Below are positions 16,924 to 23,107 of a stretch of DNA of 32,000 nucleotides, piece after piece. How positions within the stretch are numbered: position 1 is the first letter of the stretch; each line of letters starts with the position of its first letter. The notes below the pieces were generated by a model, which was given only the letters and a program-made list of their open reading frames with translations, was not told the origin of the DNA and ran no database searches. Position numbers and translations under genes: made by a program. Origin of the DNA: Candidatus Altimarinota bacterium (GTDB taxonomy: Bacteria > Patescibacteriota > Gracilibacteria > UBA1369); the NCBI GenBank assembly GCA_041659405.1, contig JBAZYK010000001.1, positions 30,001-62,000 on the forward strand, given 5' to 3'.

Positions 16924-17808
16924 ATGTCAACAACTGCGCCAATCATAACCAGAACCCAGGCACTCAAGAAACAATATGAAGCTATGCGTAAGGGCAAAGA
17001 ATCACTTTTAACTCTTCTTGATGAAGCCGAAATTGCTGAGAGTGTTTATAACTCCAATGCTATTGAAAATTCCACTCTTACATTAAAAGAAACAGAACAG
17101 ATTCTGCTTCAAATGGAAGTTTCCAGAAACGTTTCACTTAGAGAAGTTTTTGAGGCAAAAAATCTTGCTACAGTATCCGAATATATTCGTAAAAAAGCTC
17201 TATCGGAAGAGTTAACTAAAGAGTCTATTTTGCTTCTCCATAAAATGCTTATTGGCAATATTAACGATAACATTGCCGGACGCTTTCGCAAAGCAGGGGA
17301 ATACGTACGTGTGGGTACGCATATTGCACCGCCCCCAGAGCACATTGAATTAATGATGGAACAAGCATTACAAGATTTTGCCAGTGACATTCAGTCTTTT
17401 TTTGTCGATAAAATTGCTAAATTCCATCTGGATTTTGAAACTATCCATCCGTTTAATGATGGAAATGGTCGCATTGGCCGTGTGATTATCAACTATCAGT
17501 TGTTGAGGTATGGTTTTCCCCCAATCATTATTCGCAATAAAGAAAAGCAAATTTATTATCAGGCTTTAAAAAATTATAATGAAAATAAAAATATGAAAGG
17601 AATGGAAAAAATATTCACTTTGGCTTTAACTGAATCTTTGCATAAAAGAGTTACTTATCTAAATGGAGCACAAATAATCCCTCTGGCAGATTATATCAGA
17701 AAGCACAAAAAATCCGCACCAGCTTTGCTTAATGCAGCCCGACGCCAAAACATTCCAGCCTTCCGTGAAAAAGGCGTATGGAAAATCGGGGCTAAATTTG
17801 AACTGTAA
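16924..17808 (+). CDS. Fic family protein (class II, internal inhibitory helix) with a C-terminal excisionase-like HTH
   Basis: The Fic motif HPFNDGNGRIGR lies at nt 17446-17481 and the inhibitory motif SNAIEN ([ST]xxxE[GN]) at 17053-17070. The C-terminus IPLADYIRKHKKSAPALLNAARRQNIPAFREKGVWKIG resembles HTH_17/excisionase domains. The ATG at 16924 is chosen because the TTG at 16870 coincides with the -35 box. Confidence 0.85.
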   Translation: MSTTAPIITRTQALKKQYEAMRKGKESLLTLLDEAEIAESVYNSNAIENSTLTLKETEQILLQMEVSRNVSLREVFEAKNLATVSEYIRKKALSEELTKESILLLHKMLIGNINDNIAGRFRKAGEYVRVGTHIAPPPEHIELMMEQALQDFASDIQSFFVDKIAKFHLDFETIHPFNDGNGRIGRVIINYQLLRYGFPPIIIRNKEKQIYYQALKNYNENKNMKGMEKIFTLALTESLHKRVTYLNGAQIIPLADYIRKHKKSAPALLNAARRQNIPAFREKGVWKIGAKFEL

Positions 17809-17830
17809 ATTTTGGAGCTCCACATTTAAA

Positions 17831-17867
17831 AAAGAGCCCTCTCTTTATTTCATGAAAGGACTCTTTT
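17831..17867. terminator. Candidate bidirectional terminator between convergent Fic-1 and ytxH-like genes
   Basis: AAAGAGCCCT (17831-17840) pairs with AGGACTCTTT (17857-17866) with one mismatch. It is flanked by an A-run upstream and a T-run downstream. The loop is long (16 nt), so the hairpin is weak. Confidence 0.35.
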
Positions 17868-17910
17868 CCCGCATCTGTTAACCTGTTAGATTTTTCCTAT
17901 TGAAATAAAT

Positions 17911-18342
17911 TTATTTCCAGTCTTTTTTAAACTCTTCGATCAGACTATGAACGGATTTTTCGGTCCATTTTTTGCCTTTGGAAAACTGTTTAACCGCATC
18001 GTGAACAATCTCATCATATTTTTTTTGAGTAAGCTCGGTTTTGTCCTTAATATCATCGGCTGTGGCCAAAATATCACCCTGTAGTTCAAGAAAATCTTTT
18101 TCCAGTTCATCGCTGACTTCACCAAAAATGTTTTTAACGATTGTTTGGACGTCTTCACGGTTTTTATTGAATTTTTTCGCTAATTGTTGGGCCTTATCCA
18201 TAATGTCTTTCTGGGTTTCAGTTCCTTCCTTAGGTGCAAAAAGAATACCCAGTGTTGCGCCCAAAGCCATAGCGATGGCAAATCCCAGTCCAGCTGATAG
18301 TGGCCCCTTTCCTTTTTGATCTGATGAGTCATGTGTATCCAT
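17911..18342 (-). CDS. YtxH domain-containing (general stress-like) protein
   Basis: One TM-like segment is followed by LFAPKEGTETQKD, the YtxH signature, and then a long charged helical region. Confidence 0.7.
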   Translation of the reverse strand: MDTHDSSDQKGKGPLSAGLGFAIAMALGATLGILFAPKEGTETQKDIMDKAQQLAKKFNKNREDVQTIVKNIFGEVSDELEKDFLELQGDILATADDIKDKTELTQKKYDEIVHDAVKQFSKGKKWTEKSVHSLIEEFKKDWK

Positions 18343-18485
18343 AGAGTGAAGCGGATAAGTGATAATATCTTATTGTACTTCCCTTTCGTTCCTTTTAGAT
18401 AGGCATAAAATAGAAAGCATGTGGACAAAAATAGTTGGCTCATTTTCTGGACAAAAGTTAATTAAAGGTTTACAGTACCACTTCT

Positions 18486-19820
18486 ATGAGTAATAAAGAC
18501 AAAATCAGAGGTGAAGTGGGCGAAAAAGATTCCTTGATGGTAAGGGGTTTTCATGAAATCGTTGGATCGACAGAAAAAACTTTTTCACAAATTCAGCATT
18601 TAGTTCGGACATTACTTATGGCTACCGTTGCTGCAAGTATCACCGGCTGCGACTCTTCCATTCCTTTGGAAATGGACAAACCCGCTGAGTGCGTTAGCAC
18701 AGCACCAGCTTCCCCAAAAGTCAAAAAAGTAGATGTTTGTTTTATGCGCTGGAGTGAGCCTGATTTCGTTGATTTAACCGATGAGCTTAGGGCTCAATTA
18801 AATGCTGAGTTTGCTGAAACTACTAAGTTTTACCTTGATGCAACTTATGGGCATGATAAATATGATTTTGAGCTTATTGATTCTGGTGCCGTATGGACTG
18901 GGCCAGCCCCTCAAGAATCTCTTCCTGATGAGGAGGAGGATTCCGCCATTGAAGCATGCGCACCTCAAATAGATGATTTTAAGCAGATCGATACATTCGT
19001 TGTATTCCCCAGTATAAGTGCTGGAGATAGGTCTTGGGGCGGAAGAAAGACATTCCACACACCTCAAGGAGATATAGAAATGGGAATAATAAGACTTCCC
19101 AATAGGTACCAAAAGAATAGCACTAAGCCTTTAAACCTTGATGATTTAAAACATGAGCTTGGTCATACAAGGCTTTGGAATCATGCTAAAGAAGAAGTAT
19201 GTTACGACAATGAGGGTAAGCAAATTGCGTACAGTCCTGATCCTAGTATGTGCAGCCTCGATGAATATGGGAATCCTTATGATGTGATGGGAGGAAGGGT
19301 TAAAAGACCTGATGGTAAAAAAATATTTGGACATCCGGGGGCATTTTTTAAATTATCAGACAGCTTAGTAACGGCAACAACTATTGTAGAAAATAGCGGT
19401 GAATACCCACTTGCAGCACTTGAAGTATCTTGTGGCAATGTACCGCAACTTTTAACAATACCTTACTCGGACACCCCCCTTTGTTTAGAATATCGCCAGC
19501 CAATAGGCATTGATGAATCTTTTTCCAAGGAAAATATAAAAAAGATATTTGGATTTGAAGCTGGGTTGCCAGAAGATGGATGTGTGTTTTTAGAATTTTG
19601 CAGCAATCCAAGTAATCCTACTACTACTTTACTCATGCAAAATGACGGAGGTAATTCCAATGATCCCGGAGCTAAAATTCAATTAAATGCATGTATTCCA
19701 CGTGAAGGTTTTTCCGCCCCCAACCTAGGAATAGACATAAGCTATACGCAAAGCACCATAAATCCAGATGTAGTAATTGTTCGAGTAGCTGGTGTTGACG
19801 AAAATAGATTAGCGAAATAG
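18486..19820 (+). CDS. Putative lipoprotein with a metzincin-like zinc-protease motif (gametolysin/M11-like)
   Basis: The signal peptide plus lipobox is LLMATVAASITGC (Cys55). HELGHTRLWNH (nt 19152-19184) fits HExxHxxxxxH, with Leu at the usual Gly position. A downstream YGNPYDVMGG is a possible Met-turn. Confidence 0.5.
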   Translation: MSNKDKIRGEVGEKDSLMVRGFHEIVGSTEKTFSQIQHLVRTLLMATVAASITGCDSSIPLEMDKPAECVSTAPASPKVKKVDVCFMRWSEPDFVDLTDELRAQLNAEFAETTKFYLDATYGHDKYDFELIDSGAVWTGPAPQESLPDEEEDSAIEACAPQIDDFKQIDTFVVFPSISAGDRSWGGRKTFHTPQGDIEMGIIRLPNRYQKNSTKPLNLDDLKHELGHTRLWNHAKEEVCYDNEGKQIAYSPDPSMCSLDEYGNPYDVMGGRVKRPDGKKIFGHPGAFFKLSDSLVTATTIVENSGEYPLAALEVSCGNVPQLLTIPYSDTPLCLEYRQPIGIDESFSKENIKKIFGFEAGLPEDGCVFLEFCSNPSNPTTTLLMQNDGGNSNDPGAKIQLNACIPREGFSAPNLGIDISYTQSTINPDVVIVRVAGVDENRLAK

Positions 19821-19866
19821 CCAAACCTAAAATAATGTCCATTCAGCAACCTGAGATAGATATGTT

Positions 19867-19901
19867 TGGAGCTGCTTGGTGAACGAAGTACGAACTGGTT
19901 T
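19867..19901. repeat. Left copy of an imperfect direct repeat bracketing Fic gene 2
   Basis: TGGAGCTGCTTGGTGAACGAAGTACGAACTGGTTT matches 21269-21303 at 29 of 35 positions. Five of the six mismatches are A/G transitions. Confidence 0.55.
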
Positions 19902-19982
19902 GGTATATGCAAAAGTGTAAATATGGGAGAAAATATCGCCACCATCGAGGTGAGCTTATTACAAGATTTGTTAAATAATGAT

Positions 19983-20011
19983 TTGCCAATATGTTAAATA
20001 GTTGGTATATT
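19983..20011 (+). promoter_or_regulatory. Near-consensus extended -10 promoter of Fic gene 2
   Basis: TTGCCA (19983-19988), a 17-nt spacer, then TGgTATATT (TG at 20003-20004, hexamer at 20006-20011). It is flanked by three TGTTAAATA motifs. Confidence 0.6.
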
Positions 20012-20072
20012 AAATGCATCAACATAGGCTCATAGAAGTCATATAAGTAATATATTTGTTAAATAATACCGC

Positions 20073-21215
20073 ATGCCTCCACAATTCTTTCATTATAATT
20101 TGGAGTTGGTTCAACCAGATTATGAATCATCTTTAACGGACTTAATCATTGAGTTGGATTATTTAAGGAAAAAACCATTGCATGGAACAACTCCGGCACC
20201 AATATTTTTCCAATTAAAAAGTATTTTCCACACCCTTGAAAGTATTGGATCAGCTAGAATTGAGGGAAACCACACTACTATAGCAGAATTTATTGAAACT
20301 AAAATCAATCAAGAAGCAAATCCAACAGAAGAAATTGTTGAAATTCAAAATCTTGAAAAAGCTATGAGTTTTATTGATGAGCATATCCAGGAGACACCTA
20401 TGAATCGGATCTTTTTAAGCGAGCTACATAAACATGTAGTACAAAACCTTGTCCGAGAAGGTAGCCAAACTCCAGGAGAGTATCGTGTAAAAAATCTTGC
20501 AATTACCCAATCTGAGCACGTTCCCCCAGATTTCATACAAGTAGCACCATATATGCAGGAGCTGTTCGATTTTATCAACAAAAATGATTCACCAAAGTAC
20601 GATCTTTTAAAAACTGCCATATCACATCATCGTTTTGTTTGGATTCATCCGTTTGATAATGGTAATGGCCGAACAGTCCGTCTTCTTACTTATGCAATGC
20701 TTGTAAAGCAAGGATTTAACGTCAATGTAGGAAGGATCATAAATCCAACCGCTATTTTTTGTAGCAATAGAAAACAATATTACGAAGCCTTATCTTGGGC
20801 TGATCGAGGTACAAAAGAAGGTGTTTTGCGTTGGTGTGAGTATGTTTTGGGAGGTCTGAAAACAGAAATCGAGAAAATTGACCGCTTACTGGACTACGAA
20901 TACCTAAAAAAACATATTTTGGTACCAGCAGTAAAATATTCTTTGGAAAGGAAATTTATTACAGATATTGAAGCAAAAATCCTTGAAGTCGCTATCGAAA
21001 AAAAAATACTACAAGCTTCCGATGTTAAAAAGATTTTGCCTGACAAAATTCCAGCAGAAATTTCTCGAATTATTAGAAGGATCAAAGAAAAAAAGATGCT
21101 CCAAACTGAAAATGAAAAATCCAGAAAGTACACTATGAGCTTCTCAAACAGTTATCTTTTGAGAGGGGTTATTAAGATGCTCGATGAGAACAATTTTTTG
21201 CCAATGAAAGAATAA
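20073..21215 (+). CDS. Fic family protein (class II) with a C-terminal winged-helix-like domain
   Basis: The Fic motif HPFDNGNGRTVR lies at nt 20646-20681 and the inhibitory motif SARIEG(N) at 20250-20267. The C-terminal ~90 aa (ILEVAIEKKILQASDVKKILPDKIPAEISRIIRRIKEKKML) looks like a wHTH. Confidence 0.85.
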   Translation: MPPQFFHYNLELVQPDYESSLTDLIIELDYLRKKPLHGTTPAPIFFQLKSIFHTLESIGSARIEGNHTTIAEFIETKINQEANPTEEIVEIQNLEKAMSFIDEHIQETPMNRIFLSELHKHVVQNLVREGSQTPGEYRVKNLAITQSEHVPPDFIQVAPYMQELFDFINKNDSPKYDLLKTAISHHRFVWIHPFDNGNGRTVRLLTYAMLVKQGFNVNVGRIINPTAIFCSNRKQYYEALSWADRGTKEGVLRWCEYVLGGLKTEIEKIDRLLDYEYLKKHILVPAVKYSLERKFITDIEAKILEVAIEKKILQASDVKKILPDKIPAEISRIIRRIKEKKMLQTENEKSRKYTMSFSNSYLLRGVIKMLDENNFLPMKE

Positions 21216-21268
21216 AAATGGATTCGCAAGTTACATGCAAGGTGTCTTAAGTTTGGGGTACAGATCAC

Positions 21269-21303
21269 TGGAGCTACTTAGTGGACGAAGTGCGGAATGG
21301 TTT
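21269..21303. repeat. Right copy of the imperfect direct repeat bracketing Fic gene 2
   Basis: TGGAGCTACTTAGTGGACGAAGTGCGGAATGGTTT has 29/35 identity with 19867-19901 in the same orientation, 1402 bp apart. Confidence 0.55.
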
Positions 21304-21335
21304 TGCTGTAGTGATAGGCTGAAAACACAAGTGCG

Positions 21336-21440
21336 TATTTTTTTGCGTTCATGGTTGTGCCGCAATTTCTTTTTACTTTTGACAGAAAGTTGACTAACAC
21401 GTTCGCCTGAAACGCCTAACAGGTCAGCGATTTCATTCAA
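21336..21440 (-). pseudogene. Relic of a sigma-70 family C-terminus (region 4.2 HTH only)
   Basis: The translation LNEIADLLGVSGERVSQLSVKSKKKLRHNHERKKIR is collinear with the sigma-70 region 4.2 pattern (EIAxxLGVSRERVRQIExKALRKLRH...KKLR). There is no region 2, 3 or 4.1 upstream. The frame is closed by a TGA about 75 nt upstream and has only a TTG start. Confidence 0.55.
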
Positions 21441-21442
21441 GC

Positions 21443-22261
21443 TTATCCAATCATTTTCGCTGCATCTTCTCTTATTGTAGTTCCTGAAAACTCCTCAACG
21501 TGTGTGCCTGTTGTGAATATCAAATTAACTCTTGTTTCAGCATCTTCAAAACGGTGAACCTCTCCAGTGCATGCGTCAATTCCGCTAGAAACCCATTTAA
21601 AGGTATGTCCTTCTACGTTAATTCTATCCCTGGAATTATTATCCAGTATATAAACTGCATCCCCTCGTCCTGGCGGATGATACTTACGAATACCAATTTC
21701 TCCATCAATGAAACTAAGTGACTCTCCAACGTATTTGTTAAAATTTTGGCCTTGGCTAAGTCTTGATAAAACATAATTATCTTTTTTACTAGCATATTGT
21801 TCTCCATCTGGAGAAAATACTTTACGTACGGCCTCCCCGGTATCAATATCTCTTGAAGTAGTATAAGGCACAACTCTTGTTAAGGATTTTCCACCTACTG
21901 CAATGCCCCCTCCAAGGCTATAATAATAGCCTTCGCCCTCTTTGTGTATTAGCTGTCCTTTAAAGGATTCTCCATCTACTGTAATGCCTTCTCCAAGACT
22001 ATAATAATAACTTCCTTTGTATATTAGATGTCCTTCAGGGGTTCGCTCTTCATCAACCATGTACTGAGCTTCAATTCCTGTTTCCGGATCATTCCCCGCC
22101 TGGGGAACTTTCGCCCAAAATGCCATCTCTGCTTCAACCCTAGCTTTAACTACAGCTATTGATTTTGCTATTTCTTCCTGTCTTTTTGCCTTTTGTTCCG
22201 GAGTTTCGGCCTTCTTTTCCATCTCAGGAGCTCTATCTGGAAATTTATTTTTTCCACCCAT
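21443..22261 (-). CDS. Hypothetical protein (272 aa) with an internal YYYSLGxGI repeat
   Basis: This is a long ORF with a charged coiled-coil-like N-terminus. It contains the duplicated module GSYYYSLGEGITVDGESFKG / GEGYYYSLGGGIAVGGKSL. I recognised no family. Confidence 0.6.
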   Translation of the reverse strand: MGGKNKFPDRAPEMEKKAETPEQKAKRQEEIAKSIAVVKARVEAEMAFWAKVPQAGNDPETGIEAQYMVDEERTPEGHLIYKGSYYYSLGEGITVDGESFKGQLIHKEGEGYYYSLGGGIAVGGKSLTRVVPYTTSRDIDTGEAVRKVFSPDGEQYASKKDNYVLSRLSQGQNFNKYVGESLSFIDGEIGIRKYHPPGRGDAVYILDNNSRDRINVEGHTFKWVSSGIDACTGEVHRFEDAETRVNLIFTTGTHVEEFSGTTIREDAAKMIG

Positions 22262-22342
22262 TTCATTTAGATTAAATTATATTCAACTTTATTAAATTAC
22301 TTTTCGTCGTTTTCTCCTAAACTTTAGCTGGGAGAATTGGGT

Positions 22343-22849
22343 TTACCAGCTAATTTCAAGAGCCTTTTTGGCACCGTCTCTTGTTAATTCTATAGTTTTT
22401 ACAACTGTTTTACCTCCTTCATTTCCAACTGAAGTAGTTAAATGAATCCCCTCGGGGGTAACGTTTAATCCAGAACTATGTTTTTCGGAGTAAGGACTAA
22501 TTTGATTAATTCTCCTTATCAAATCAGAAAGGTGGAATGAAGCTTGTTCTATTTTTTCGTGATCTTCCCATAGCTCAGTCCTCCCACAATTTTTGCTGTA
22601 AAATTTTATTAACCTATGAATGGCATCATAATCTCTAGGGAATTGAACATCTTCATCTCTAAGATCTAGCATGGAGTCAATAATGGCCATTTTTTCACGT
22701 GATAGTTTGGCTAATAATTCATATCTTTCATTAATATCTGCCGAATGTAGGATTGTTTCATACATCCGTTCAAAAGTATCTAGTTGTTCTACAATTTGAG
22801 TTAATTTTTCTGAAGGAGCATTCCTTGCATCAATAGTGGGCGTTGTCAT
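22343..22849 (-). CDS. Hypothetical protein (168 aa), predicted mostly helical
   Basis: This ORF lies immediately downstream of a good promoter and upstream of the 272-aa ORF on the same strand. I recognised no family. Confidence 0.55.
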   Translation of the reverse strand: MTTPTIDARNAPSEKLTQIVEQLDTFERMYETILHSADINERYELLAKLSREKMAIIDSMLDLRDEDVQFPRDYDAIHRLIKFYSKNCGRTELWEDHEKIEQASFHLSDLIRRINQISPYSEKHSSGLNVTPEGIHLTTSVGNEGGKTVVKTIELTRDGAKKALEISW

Positions 22850-22879
22850 AAAACATTTTTTATAAATTTGCGGATACTA

Positions 22880-22908
22880 AAAATATCACATTTTGATAAA
22901 TATGTCAA
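22880..22908 (-). promoter_or_regulatory. Sigma-70-type promoter for the 168-aa/272-aa orphan gene pair
   Basis: On the minus strand: TTGACA (22908-22903), a 17-nt spacer, then TATTTT (22885-22880). The -35 box starts 2 nt after the tRNA 3' end. Confidence 0.5.
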
Positions 22909-22909
22909 C

Positions 22910-22983
22910 TGGAGCGGGTAAGGGGAATCGAACCCCTGTCCTCGGCTTGGAAAGCCGTTGTAATACCATTATACTATACCCGC
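22910..22983 (-). tRNA. tRNA-Gly (anticodon UCC), CCA encoded
   Basis: The minus strand reads GCGGGTATAGTATAATGGTATTACAACGGCTTTCCAAGCCGAGGACAGGGGTTCGATTCCCCTTACCCGCTCCA. It has a 7-bp acceptor stem, a T-arm AGGGG-TTCGATT-CCCCT and an anticodon loop TTTCCAA. It is very similar to E. coli glyT. Confidence 0.95.
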
Positions 22984-23003
22984 ATTTCGTGAATGCGAGG
23001 TGA

Positions 23004-23032
23004 ATCATAGCGTGAAATGCCTCGAGTTTCAA
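23004..23032 (-). promoter_or_regulatory. Sigma-70-type promoter of tRNA-Gly
   Basis: On the minus strand: TTGAAA (23032-23027), a 17-nt spacer, then TATGAT (23009-23004). The -10 box ends about 20 nt upstream of the mature tRNA 5' end. Confidence 0.5.
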
Positions 23033-23107
23033 GAGGTGTGTTTTGCGTATTTTATGGCTTAGCCGCAGTTTGAATTTAACTGTATCTGGTCACGGTTTTC
23101 GGCCCAA

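Noticed and set aside
17902-17917. Perfect 16-bp palindrome GAAATAAATTTATTTC overlapping the ytxH-like stop codon
   Set aside because: It is made purely of A and T in an AT-rich region, with no loop and negligible stability, so it is likely chance.
19867-21303. Repeat pair A/B considered as a DGR template/variable repeat pair, or as degraded tRNA 3' halves (both end in AGCTCCA on the minus strand, like the tRNA-Gly 3' end CGCTCCA)
   Set aside because: No reverse transcriptase is present in the window. The mismatches are not adenine-specific in one copy. Neither copy can form a T-arm or acceptor pairing, and similarity to the tRNA is limited to 6-7 nt.
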